A stretch of DNA of 64,000 nt from an uncultured Thermodesulfobacteriota bacterium (GTDB lineage Bacteria; Desulfobacterota; JBBIRW01): positions 2,054-66,053 of the forward strand of contig CAZDGM010000004.1 of NCBI GenBank assembly GCA_964505185.1, read 5' to 3'. This document shows, piece after piece, positions 9,735 to 20,144 of the stretch; position 1 is the first letter of the stretch, and each line of letters begins with the position of its first letter. The notes under the pieces were generated by a model, which worked only from the letters and a program-made list of their open reading frames with translations, was not told the DNA's origin and did no database searches. The translations under genes and the position numbers were made by a program.

Positions 9735-10113
9735 GGAATATTCCGCTCCCCTTTGCAGTTATTTCCCTGTTTCCGTTATATATGGTAACTTCTGCAAACA
9801 CAACCCCCCTCTTCCTCTCAATAACCCTTGCTTCTGCAAGGGCTTCACCTTCTTTCAGTGGAGCCACATACTGCATATTGAGATTTACTGTAGCAATTCT
9901 TCTTTCATAGCCCAGGGTGCTTAAAACAGCTGCTGCCATCGATATATCAGCAAGGGATGCAATAACCCCTCCGTGAAGCCCTCCATATATGTGAAGAAGT
10001 TCACTCTTGATGGGAAGAACGTATCTTGCATACCCATCCTTGATTTCAAGAGCCTTCACACCAATATATTTTGAGAATGGCGATATGGGAATTTCCCTTT
10101 TCTCTTCCTTCAT
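9715..10113 (-). CDS. PaaI-family hotdog-fold thioesterase
   Basis: YGGLHGGVIASLADISMAAAV motif; about 130 aa. Confidence 0.8.
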   Translation of the reverse strand: MKEEKREIPISPFSKYIGVKALEIKDGYARYVLPIKSELLHIYGGLHGGVIASLADISMAAAVLSTLGYERRIATVNLNMQYVAPLKEGEALAEARVIERKRGVVFAEVTIYNGNREITAKGSGIFHVYRER

Positions 10114-11978
10114 TTCATATATATCTTAACCCTGTATCTGTCCCTAAGGCTTCTTACATACATCTTAAGAAAATCCTCACCCTTTATCTTTTTTAATTCC
10201 TCGATTAATTGATCCCTCTTCATTCCTCCTTCATCAGGTGATATCCTCTTCGAAAGCTTCACTATATAGAGTTTTCCATCCTTCTCTATGACCTTTGAAA
10301 GAATGGGGTTTTTCTCCCCAAGGGAAGCTATCTCTGAAGCCCATTGGCCGGACATAAAGGGCGCCATATTTAATTCTGATCTCCTCATGGGTTTTGTTTT
10401 ACCAGATCTGATCCATCCCTCCCTTGGATACTCCTTGAACGATCCTGATTTCAACGCCTGTGAAAGGATATCCTCTGCGATACCCCTTGCCTTTTTCATT
10501 GCCATTTCCCTTAGCAGCCTTTCCTTTACCCTGTTTTTTAGCTCGGAGAGCTCAGGAATCCTTGAATCCTCTCTTCTTACTACCTCAGCAACAATAGCTC
10601 TATCTTTTTCCACAATCTTTAATATCTCCCCCTCCTTTGAAATCAGTGCCTTTTTTATCAAACCTTCAGGGAGTGAATCTCTGTTCATCTCATTTATCAT
10701 TCCGGTTTCAAAAAGCCTTAATCCCTTTGAGGAGGCGTATTTATTAAGACCACCTGCCTTTGCTGCATCCCACACCGCCTTCTCCGCAATTTCGGAAAGA
10801 AAACCTGTTGCCTTCTCCTTCTTCAGGATCTCCATTATCTGCCTTTTTACCTGGATGAGGGGTTTCAGCTTCCCTTCATAAATCTTCTCCACCTTTATGA
10901 TATGGATACCATTCTTTGTTATTATAGGTTTGCTGAATTCTCCCTCCCTCATAGAAAATGCAACATTCGCGATATTGGGATCAAGCTCTGATTCACTGAA
11001 TAACAACACCTGGCCTGAACTAATTCCCTTCTGGTTAATAGAAAATTTCCTTGCAACGGTCGTGAAATCCCCTCCCTTACTCAACTCCTCATACGCCTCC
11101 CTGGCTCCCTTCCCTGCTTTCTCCACGGATTCGGGATCCCCGGATCTCAATGGAAAGTATATCTCCCTCAACCTTATACGACGCGCCTCCCGGAACAGAT
11201 GGGGATTATCCCTGTAGAAACCCTCGATCTCCTCATTGGAAATATTGATATCCTTCTCAACATCGCCGATACGGTATGTGATGAATCTCAATTTAACAGA
11301 TGGTGGGATTCGAAAATCCTCCCTGTGTTCCTCAAAGAAGGATCTGATATCCTCCTCCCTTATATCCCCATTGATCTTTATATATTCAGGGTTTATCTCG
11401 AGATAATCAAAAATAAGTCTCTCCTCCTTTATTCTGAAGTACTCATCGAGCTCAGCATCAGAAATTTTGATGGAAGACAGAAGGATCCCTGTCAACTTTC
11501 TGATAAGTATCTGCTCCCTTAGGGCATCCTCAAATTCACTTGCGGTTAATCCCGCTCTCGAAAGATATCCCCTGTAAAGACCGGGATTGAACTGGCCATT
11601 TTCCTGGAATAGCGGGAATTCCGCTATTGCATCCCTTAACTCCTGATTGCTTACCTTAAGACCAAGATTTTTTGCCTCCACAAGAAGAAGTGTTCTTTCT
11701 ATTAGTCCATCGAGAACCATCCTTTTTATGTCCAGTTTTTCAAGCATCTCCTCTGTAACTTGATTGCCGAATAATGCCCTGTATCTTTCCACCATCTCCC
11801 TGTAGGCACGGATAAATTCCCTCCCCCTGATGCTCAAGCCATCAACCTTTGCCACCACCTCACCTGCGCTGCTCCCTCTTCCTGTAAATCCGAAATAAAG
11901 AACGAAGGCAAGAATTACAATACCAAGGATTACCTTAATGATTATAGAGCTTGCATGCTTTCTCATGAAGTCAAGCAT
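10110..11978 (-). CDS. ppiD: periplasmic chaperone / peptidyl-prolyl isomerase, PpiD/SurA-like
   Basis: N-terminal membrane anchor, SurA-N-like domain, central parvulin-type PPIase region; 622 aa. Confidence 0.75.
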   Translation of the reverse strand: MLDFMRKHASSIIIKVILGIVILAFVLYFGFTGRGSSAGEVVAKVDGLSIRGREFIRAYREMVERYRALFGNQVTEEMLEKLDIKRMVLDGLIERTLLLVEAKNLGLKVSNQELRDAIAEFPLFQENGQFNPGLYRGYLSRAGLTASEFEDALREQILIRKLTGILLSSIKISDAELDEYFRIKEERLIFDYLEINPEYIKINGDIREEDIRSFFEEHREDFRIPPSVKLRFITYRIGDVEKDINISNEEIEGFYRDNPHLFREARRIRLREIYFPLRSGDPESVEKAGKGAREAYEELSKGGDFTTVARKFSINQKGISSGQVLLFSESELDPNIANVAFSMREGEFSKPIITKNGIHIIKVEKIYEGKLKPLIQVKRQIMEILKKEKATGFLSEIAEKAVWDAAKAGGLNKYASSKGLRLFETGMINEMNRDSLPEGLIKKALISKEGEILKIVEKDRAIVAEVVRREDSRIPELSELKNRVKERLLREMAMKKARGIAEDILSQALKSGSFKEYPREGWIRSGKTKPMRRSELNMAPFMSGQWASEIASLGEKNPILSKVIEKDGKLYIVKLSKRISPDEGGMKRDQLIEELKKIKGEDFLKMYVRSLRDRYRVKIYMK

Positions 11979-12059
11979 CTGTTTTTCCTTTCTTTTATAA
12001 GGACAATGCCCGAATTAAGTTGAATTTTAGCATCCTTATCGTATATATTTTAAAAATGA

Positions 12060-13121
<1,062 letters not shown>

Positions 13122-13133
13122 TGACTTATCCAT

Positions 13134-13982
13134 ATGATTAACTTCATCAAAAGAAAGATCTCCTATGTAATTTCCATCGGTTTATTGCTGCTCAGCATAT
13201 ATCTTCTTTTCATATCATTCCATCCAGCTTCTATACTTACAGGTCCTGAGCGGTGGATGGTTGAATTCCTTTCATATACATCACATGGAGTTAACTATAT
13301 CATTTTGAAATCAAAATCCATCTGGAAGAATTATATATTTCTCATCAATACGAAAAAGGAGCTGAACATGCTTAAGAAGGATGTGGAACTTTTAAGGGAG
13401 GAGAATCATCGTCTCACTGAAGCATTGAAAGCCTACCAGAGATCTGAGGAGCTTTTGCGTTTCAGCAGAAAAAATAACTTACCATCAGCTATAGGCAGTG
13501 TGATCGCTTATGATCCATCCCCATGGTTCAGAACAGTAACGATAGATTTAGGTAAAAAACATGGTATCGAAAGGAATATGCCGGTTATAACCCATCATGG
13601 CGTTGTGGGAAGGGTAATTAATGTTTACCCCAATTTCTCAAAGATAATGCTAATTACAGATGTAAACAGTTCAATTGATGTGCTTGATCAAAGATCAAGG
13701 GTAAGGGGTATACTTTCCGGAAGGTCCGATGAGGTGTGCGAGTTGAGATATATAAAGAAAACCGATGATGTGAAGGAGGGAGACCCCATCATCACATCAG
13801 GATGGGGAGGTTATTTTCCAAAGGGGTTGCTTGTAGGATGGGTAACAAGGGTTGAAAAAACAGGAGGGATCTTCCAGAAAATAGAGGTTTCACCTTCTGT
13901 TCAATTAAAAAGCCTCGAAGAGGTATTGGTGATAAAAACGCAGCCTGAGTTATTAAAAGACAAAAACTATATTGAGGAATGA
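13134..13982 (+). CDS. mreC: rod shape-determining protein MreC
   Basis: N-terminal TM segment, coiled coil, and a C-terminal beta domain (VITSGWGGYFPKGLLVGWV), in operon position after mreB. Confidence 0.85.
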   Translation: MINFIKRKISYVISIGLLLLSIYLLFISFHPASILTGPERWMVEFLSYTSHGVNYIILKSKSIWKNYIFLINTKKELNMLKKDVELLREENHRLTEALKAYQRSEELLRFSRKNNLPSAIGSVIAYDPSPWFRTVTIDLGKKHGIERNMPVITHHGVVGRVINVYPNFSKIMLITDVNSSIDVLDQRSRVRGILSGRSDEVCELRYIKKTDDVKEGDPIITSGWGGYFPKGLLVGWVTRVEKTGGIFQKIEVSPSVQLKSLEEVLVIKTQPELLKDKNYIEE

Positions 13983-14476
13983 AGAAAATTTCGCTCAATG
14001 TATTGGTTACACTTTTTGTGATTCTCATACAGAGTACTATTGTTTCGCGCATTGATATCTCAAATCTTAAACCCGATATAACGGTTATCCTTATTGTATT
14101 TCTCGGCTTCAATGTTGGTTTTAACCAGGGTATGATCCTCTCCTTCCTCTCGGGTTATCTGATGGATCTTCTTTCCGGTAGTCCATCAGGTTTCTTTTCC
14201 CTGATCAAAACCGCTGGATTCCTGCAAAGCTATCTCATCCGCAGAAAGGTGGTAACGGGTGGGAGCCTTCTCTTCTTCCTCGTTGTGGGATTGATAAGTC
14301 TCCTTGAAGGGATAGAGTCTATTATTCTTATCATGCTTCTTGGAATCGATCGGTCCATTGTTTACCAGATATGGGAAAATCTCATATCCTATGCATCACT
14401 GAATGTTATCTCTGCTGTATTTCTTCAGACAATCATTCAAAGATTTAAGAAGCCTTCCCTTCAGGAAGGGGTATAG
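13979..14476 (+). CDS. mreD: rod shape-determining protein MreD
   Basis: Polytopic small membrane protein, overlapping the mreC stop, in the conserved mreBCD position. Confidence 0.7.
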   Translation: MKKISLNVLVTLFVILIQSTIVSRIDISNLKPDITVILIVFLGFNVGFNQGMILSFLSGYLMDLLSGSPSGFFSLIKTAGFLQSYLIRRKVVTGGSLLFFLVVGLISLLEGIESIILIMLLGIDRSIVYQIWENLISYASLNVISAVFLQTIIQRFKKPSLQEGV

Positions 14477-16330
14477 ATGGTCTCAGGTACAGAAATATAT
14501 TCCGATTATAAGGAGGATCCCGACGAGTTTTTAACAAGAACGAGGATAACTGTTTCCCTCGTTCTCATCATATTTTTGATCCTGATTGGCAGATTATTTT
14601 ATCTCCAGATCCTTAAGGGTGAATATTATAGACACCTTTCGGAAAATAACCGTATAAGGGTTTACAGGATTCAAGCCCCAAGGGGACTGATCAAGGACAG
14701 GGAGGGAAGGATAATCGCATCAAACAGACCATCCTTTGATCTCGTTTTCATGCCCTCTGAGATAAGGAATCCACGCGCCGCTGCAAAGATTCTCTCACCC
14801 ATTATAAATATGAAGGAGGAGGAGATAGAGTCAATAATTGAGGAAGCAAAAGAGGAGGCACCTTTCCGTATCACAAGGCTTAAGAGGGATATCACGATGA
14901 ACGAGGTCTCATTTGTTGAATCAAACAGGCTTGATCTTCCCGGATTCTTCATAGTTTCACAAACAGTAAGAAACTACCCATATCTTACAGTTCTATCCCA
15001 TCTTATTGGATACATTGCAGAAATCACGAAGAAGGAGCTTCAATCAGAAGAATACACAGGATACAGAATGGGGGATTTTATCGGGAAATACGGTATAGAA
15101 AGGATATGGGAGAAAACATTAAGAGGGATAGATGGAGGAAGGCAGGTTGAGGTGGATGCCTTTGGAAGAGAAATAAGTCCAATAAAGGAGGTTGAACCCA
15201 TACCGGGTCATGATATAAAAACGACCATAGATCTGGATTTGCAGATAATTGCAGAGGAGGCGATGCAAGGGAAAAATGGGGCAGTTATTGCCATGGATCC
15301 CAGGAATGGTGAAATCATTGTTATGCTCAGTTACCCCGCTTTTGATCCCAATGAATTTATCGCTGGCATAAGCAGGGAGAAATGGCTGAATATTACTGAA
15401 AACCCCGACAAACCTCTCATGAACAGATGCCTTCAGGGCATATACCCCCCTGGATCAACATTCAAGCTGGTAACAGCAATTGCTGGACTTGAGGAGGGTG
15501 CGATAACGCCTGATACAGTCCTTTATTGCCCTGGGTATTACCCCTTTGGAAATAGAAATTTTAAATGCTGGAAGGAGAAGGGTCATGGAAGTGTTAATCT
15601 TCATCGCGCAATTGTGGAATCATGCGATGTTTACTTCTATCAGGTAGGACTCAGGGTTGGTGTGGATACCCTTTCCCATTATGCGAGGATTCTGGGTCTC
15701 GGTGTGCAAACCGGAATAGGGCTTCTTAATGAAAAGGAGGGGATTATCCCATCCTCATCATGGAAGAGGCTTGTTCTCGGAGAAGATTGGTTTGAGGGAG
15801 AAACACTTTCTGTGGCGATAGGGCAGGGCTACATAAGTATAACCCCGATTCAGCTTCTCACCCTTGTTTCCGCTATAGCCAACGGTGGAAAGGTATACAT
15901 TCCAATCGTTGTGAGTGAAATAATCAGCAGGGAGGGTTTTCTATTGCAGAAATACCTACCGACCATTGCAAGGGAACTCGATATAAATCCATCAACACTT
16001 GAGATCATAAGGGATGCTATGTATGGTGTGGTAAATGAGCCCCACGGAACAGGATGGTCAGCAAGGCTTTCTGATGTTGAGGTAGGAGGGAAAACAGGAA
16101 CAGCACAGGTAATTGGCTATGATTCAAGGAGAAATGGTGGAACAAAATTAAACGATCATGCCTGGTTCATATCTTTTGCTCCTGTAAAGGATCCTGAAAT
16201 AGCTATTGTGGTTCTTGTTGAGCATGGAGGTCATGGTGCAACAGCAGCAGCACCAATTGCTCGAAAAATATTAAGTGCATATTTTGAAAAGAAAAAGAGG
16301 GTTCAGAATGATAAATCAAAAGGGTCTTAG
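14477..16330 (+). CDS. mrdA: penicillin-binding protein 2 (peptidoglycan D,D-transpeptidase MrdA)
   Basis: PBP dimerisation domain plus transpeptidase motifs STFK (GSTFKLVTA), SCD (ESCDVYF) and KTGT (GGKTGTAQV). Confidence 0.9.
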   Translation: MVSGTEIYSDYKEDPDEFLTRTRITVSLVLIIFLILIGRLFYLQILKGEYYRHLSENNRIRVYRIQAPRGLIKDREGRIIASNRPSFDLVFMPSEIRNPRAAAKILSPIINMKEEEIESIIEEAKEEAPFRITRLKRDITMNEVSFVESNRLDLPGFFIVSQTVRNYPYLTVLSHLIGYIAEITKKELQSEEYTGYRMGDFIGKYGIERIWEKTLRGIDGGRQVEVDAFGREISPIKEVEPIPGHDIKTTIDLDLQIIAEEAMQGKNGAVIAMDPRNGEIIVMLSYPAFDPNEFIAGISREKWLNITENPDKPLMNRCLQGIYPPGSTFKLVTAIAGLEEGAITPDTVLYCPGYYPFGNRNFKCWKEKGHGSVNLHRAIVESCDVYFYQVGLRVGVDTLSHYARILGLGVQTGIGLLNEKEGIIPSSSWKRLVLGEDWFEGETLSVAIGQGYISITPIQLLTLVSAIANGGKVYIPIVVSEIISREGFLLQKYLPTIARELDINPSTLEIIRDAMYGVVNEPHGTGWSARLSDVEVGGKTGTAQVIGYDSRRNGGTKLNDHAWFISFAPVKDPEIAIVVLVEHGGHGATAAAPIARKILSAYFEKKKRVQNDKSKGS

Positions 16331-17408
16331 GAACTTTGACTTTTTCCTTTTCTTTCTCACCCTGATACTCCTTTTGACAGGACTTATAAACCTCTACAGT
16401 GCCACATTCAATCAATCATCTGGAGGAGCATCCCTTATATTTTACAGACAGATCTACTGGACTTCATTAGGGATTCTAACCCTTCTGATCTTTGCATTTT
16501 TCGATTACCATTCGTTTGAAAACTATTCATATCAGATCTATGTACTTTCCATTGCCCTCCTTCTGCTTGTTCTCATAGGAGGTAAAACAGTGGGTGGTGC
16601 GAGGAGATGGATCGGATTTGGCTCATTTACCATACAGCCATCTGAATTTGCCAAGCTGGGTTTGATCTTTGCCCTCTGCCGCTACTTCTCGCATAATCCA
16701 AGCCCGGATGGTTACGGCCTTTCCCAGATAATAATACCTATTGTCATATCATCAATACCCGCCATTCTCATACTCTTTGAACCAGATCTCGGAACATCTG
16801 CCTTGCTGATGATAATGGCCTTCTCACTATTTATTTATGCGGGTCTGCGTTTATATCCACTTCTATTTATGGTAATAACCGGGATTCTATCTACCCCCTT
16901 GCTCTGGGAATTTCTGAAGGATTACCAGAAGAAAAGGATCATCTACTTTCTTAACCCTGAATTGGACCCACTTGGTTCGGGATACCATCTGCTTCAATCC
17001 AAGATTGCCATAGGTTCGGGAAAACTTATCGGTAAGGGATTTCTGGAAGGAAAACAGGGGCAGCTTCACTTTCTACCCGAGGGGCATACGGACTTTATAT
17101 TTTCTGTTTTTGCAGAGGAATGGGGATTTATAGGTGCTGTTGTGCTTCTTATTGCAATGGCTATGATAATTATTAAGGGGTTCCTTATTGCGGGAAATGC
17201 AAGGGATAGGTTCGGAACCCATGTGGCAGCATCAATTTCCTTCTATCTTCTGTGGCATACGGCTATAAATGTTGCTATGGTAACAGGCCTGATCCCTGTG
17301 GTGGGAATCCCCATGCCATTTATGAGCTACGGTGGCTCTTTCCTCCTTACAACAATGACATCCATCGGGATACTGATCAATATCAGCATGAAAAGAAATA
17401 TCTTCTGA
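16308..17408 (+). CDS. rodA: rod shape-determining protein RodA (SEDS family peptidoglycan glycosyltransferase)
   Basis: FtsW/RodA/SpoVE family, 10 TM segments, C-terminal PFMSYGGSS motif. AGAGGG RBS precedes the ATG at 16308; the ORF-track start at 16275 is less likely. Confidence 0.9.
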   Translation: MINQKGLRNFDFFLFFLTLILLLTGLINLYSATFNQSSGGASLIFYRQIYWTSLGILTLLIFAFFDYHSFENYSYQIYVLSIALLLLVLIGGKTVGGARRWIGFGSFTIQPSEFAKLGLIFALCRYFSHNPSPDGYGLSQIIIPIVISSIPAILILFEPDLGTSALLMIMAFSLFIYAGLRLYPLLFMVITGILSTPLLWEFLKDYQKKRIIYFLNPELDPLGSGYHLLQSKIAIGSGKLIGKGFLEGKQGQLHFLPEGHTDFIFSVFAEEWGFIGAVVLLIAMAMIIIKGFLIAGNARDRFGTHVAASISFYLLWHTAINVAMVTGLIPVVGIPMPFMSYGGSFLLTTMTSIGILINISMKRNIF

Positions 17409-17410
17409 TA

Positions 17411-17893
17411 TCACTCATTCACCCTCCGGGACTTGGATAAACCCTCGGAGAGATTGATCTTTGTGTCCTCCTTCTTGGTAGACAGCACAACAGAGGTAAG
17501 GGTCCTTGTAACACCATCAATTGATCTTATTGCCCTTATAAGTTGCTCAAGGGTGGATGTATCCTTCGTCTTCACCTTCAGGAAAAGTGTATGTTCACCT
17601 GTTACATGATGGCATTCAAGGATATCATCAAACTTCTCTATTGAGGTTTCGAAATTCTCAATATACTGCGGATGTATAATTGAAACCCCAATAAATGCAG
17701 TTATATCCCTGCCTACCTTTTTTGCATCAAGGATAGCTGTGAACTTCTTTATGATCCCTTTTTCCTCTAATTTTTTTACCCTTTCAAGAACCGATGGCGG
17801 GGAAAGTTTGACCTTTGATGCAATATCAGAGAGGGGCTTCCTGCCATTTTCCTGAAGCATCTCAAGGATTTTAATATCTATTTCATCAAGCAT
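17411..17893 (-). CDS. Lrp/AsnC family transcriptional regulator
   Basis: MLDEIDIKILEMLQENGRKPLSDIASKVKLSPPSVLERVKKLEEKGII HTH followed by a RAM domain. GGAGGG RBS precedes the Met at 17893; the ORF-track start at 18007 is probably too long. Confidence 0.8.
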   Translation of the reverse strand: MLDEIDIKILEMLQENGRKPLSDIASKVKLSPPSVLERVKKLEEKGIIKKFTAILDAKKVGRDITAFIGVSIIHPQYIENFETSIEKFDDILECHHVTGEHTLFLKVKTKDTSTLEQLIRAIRSIDGVTRTLTSVVLSTKKEDTKINLSEGLSKSRRVNE

Positions 17894-18037
17894 ATACCCT
17901 CCGCCTAATTTTATTAGGATCCTGTGATCCCCTTTTTGCTTATAAGGGGTTTCCACCCCTATGTCAAGATAAATCTTAAGGGACTGGAAGAGCATTGTTC
18001 TTGACACATTGAAAAAAGGGAATATATTTGTATATCA

Positions 18038-18628
18038 ATGGATCAAGAGGCAATCGAGCGAAGGATCGTAAAAAGTTTCTATGAGGGTGCAGAGCTAAAG
18101 AAGAGATTTGTAAATAGCAATGCATCCCTTATATTTGAAATATCATCACTCATTGCAAATGCGATAAAAAATGGGAATAAGATCATGCTTTTTGGTAACG
18201 GAGGGAGTGCCTCTGATGCCCAGCATATAGCTTCGGAATTTGTTAACCGATTCCTTATTGACAGGCCACCACTTCCTGCTATGGCCCTCACAACCGATAC
18301 ATCCATTCTAACAAGCATAGGTAATGACTACAGATTTGAAGAAATCTTCTCTCGCCAGATCCGCGCGGTTGGGAAGGAAGGGGACGTTGCTATTGCCATA
18401 TCAACAAGTGGTAATTCGAAGAATGTCATTGAGGCAGTGAAGATGGCAAAGTCAATGAAAATAAAAACTGTTGCGCTTACAGGAAAGAATGGTGGTCTTC
18501 TTGCAAAAATTGCGGACTACTGCCTTCTTGTGGACTCATTTGAAACCCCGAGAATTCAGGAAATACACATCACTATTGGACATGTAATCTGCGATATAGT
18601 TGAAAGCATCCTTTTTACAAATTTATGA
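18038..18628 (+). CDS. gmhA: D-sedoheptulose-7-phosphate isomerase (SIS domain)
   Basis: MLFGNGGSASDAQHIASEF and ISTSGNS SIS-domain motifs; 196 aa. Confidence 0.85.
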   Translation: MDQEAIERRIVKSFYEGAELKKRFVNSNASLIFEISSLIANAIKNGNKIMLFGNGGSASDAQHIASEFVNRFLIDRPPLPAMALTTDTSILTSIGNDYRFEEIFSRQIRAVGKEGDVAIAISTSGNSKNVIEAVKMAKSMKIKTVALTGKNGGLLAKIADYCLLVDSFETPRIQEIHITIGHVICDIVESILFTNL

Positions 18629-19293
18629 AAAAGGGGAAGGAAGAAAAGATTATTTCAATATATAAAGGAATGCTGCATCATTTCGGACCCCCGGGATGGT
18701 GGCCTGCAGAAACATCCTTTGAGGTAATAATAGGTGCAATCCTGACACAGAATACCAACTGGTCAAATGTGGAGAAAGCAATCAAGAACCTGAAGGAAAA
18801 CAACTGCCTTAATCCGCATACACTCTTAATGATGGATGAGCGATTGCTCTCCCAAATCATAAAACCATCTGGTTTTTATAAGATCAAGGCCTCAAGGATA
18901 AAGGAGTTCATCAACTACCTCTTCAAAAGACATGATGGTGATATAAGCGGTATGTTTACAATGGACCCATATTCTTTAAGAAAGGAGCTACTATCTATAA
19001 GGGGGATAGGCCCTGAAACAGCAGACAGTATACTTCTCTATGCAGGAGGCATGCCCTTCTTTGTTGTTGATTCATATACAAAAAGAATACTATCAAGGCA
19101 TGGCGCTGTGGAAATGAATGCTTCATATGACAGGATACAGTCATTTTTCCATGAAAATCTGCCTCGTGATTCCAAACTTTTTAATGAATTTCACGCACTC
19201 TTTGTTGCCACGGGAAAGTATTACTGCAGGAAGAATCCCAACTGTGATCCATGCCCACTCAATAAAAGAACACTGTGGGGATGGAGGATATGA
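18625..19293 (+). CDS. HhH-GPD family base-excision DNA glycosylase (endonuclease III-like, with a [4Fe-4S] loop)
   Basis: HhH-GPD core (LLSIRGIGPETADSILLYA) and C-terminal CRKNPNCDPCPL cluster loop. Confidence 0.75.
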   Translation: MKKGKEEKIISIYKGMLHHFGPPGWWPAETSFEVIIGAILTQNTNWSNVEKAIKNLKENNCLNPHTLLMMDERLLSQIIKPSGFYKIKASRIKEFINYLFKRHDGDISGMFTMDPYSLRKELLSIRGIGPETADSILLYAGGMPFFVVDSYTKRILSRHGAVEMNASYDRIQSFFHENLPRDSKLFNEFHALFVATGKYYCRKNPNCDPCPLNKRTLWGWRI

Positions 19294-19334
19294 TCTTCAA
19301 AAGGTATAATTGAAGGAAGAGGGAGGTAACATAT

Positions 19335-20144
19335 ATGTTGATGAAGGAAAGGTTTATAACCCTTCTTACAGATTTTGGAACAAAGGATCCATATACTGCA
19401 TCACTTAAAGGTGCAATCCTCACAATCAATCCAAAAGTGGATATAATCGATATAACCCATGACATCCCTCCTCAGGACATCTTTGAGGCAGCCTTCATAT
19501 TGAAGTGCACATACAAATTCTTTCCAAGGGATACAATACACATTGCAGTTGTCGATCCTGGGGTTGGTGGAAGCAGAAGACCCATCCTTGTTAAAACAAG
19601 GGATTATATGTTTGTTGGTCCGGACAACGGCATCTTCAGTTTTATACTGGAGGAAGAAGAGGAGAAATATATATATCATCTGAATAACAGAAAATATCAT
19701 CTTCCTGTGATAAGCGACACATTCCATGGAAGAGATATTTTTGCACCTGTTGCAGCCCATCTTTCACTTGGAGTTAATCCAGAAAAAGTTGGCGAGCTCA
19801 TAGAAACAGCGTTCGTTCTTGATATACCAAAACCTGAAATAAAAAAGGGAAAAATATGTGGAACGATCATACATGTTGACCGTTTTGGAAATCTCATAAC
19901 AAACATTTCGTCGCATCTATTCAATAATTTTGTTGGCAACAATCCGTTTGAAATAGAACTGGCACAAAGAACTATAAAGAAGATAAATAGGGCTTATTCG
20001 GAATCCAATCCTGGTGAACTGCTTGCAATATTTGGAAGCGCAGGTTTCCTTGAGATCTCTATAAATCTTGGAAACTGCTCCAGGGAGCTTTCGCTCGGCA
20101 AAGGTGATAGAATATCAGTAAGGGTTCACAGACTCGTCGGTTGA
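19335..20144 (+). CDS. SAM hydroxide adenosyltransferase family protein (DUF62; fluorinase/chlorinase-like fold)
   Basis: N-terminal LLTDFGTKDPYTASLKGAIL...IIDITHDIPPQDI and VVDPGVGG motifs characteristic of the SalL/FlA-like SAM-cleaving family. Confidence 0.8.
   Translation: MLMKERFITLLTDFGTKDPYTASLKGAILTINPKVDIIDITHDIPPQDIFEAAFILKCTYKFFPRDTIHIAVVDPGVGGSRRPILVKTRDYMFVGPDNGIFSFILEEEEEKYIYHLNNRKYHLPVISDTFHGRDIFAPVAAHLSLGVNPEKVGELIETAFVLDIPKPEIKKGKICGTIIHVDRFGNLITNISSHLFNNFVGNNPFEIELAQRTIKKINRAYSESNPGELLAIFGSAGFLEISINLGNCSRELSLGKGDRISVRVHRLVG

Noticed and set aside
10288-11522. Three plus-strand ORFs (197, 106, 107 aa) opposite ppiD
   Set aside because: Antisense shadow ORFs within a well-supported 622-aa PPIase/chaperone gene; low-complexity translations.
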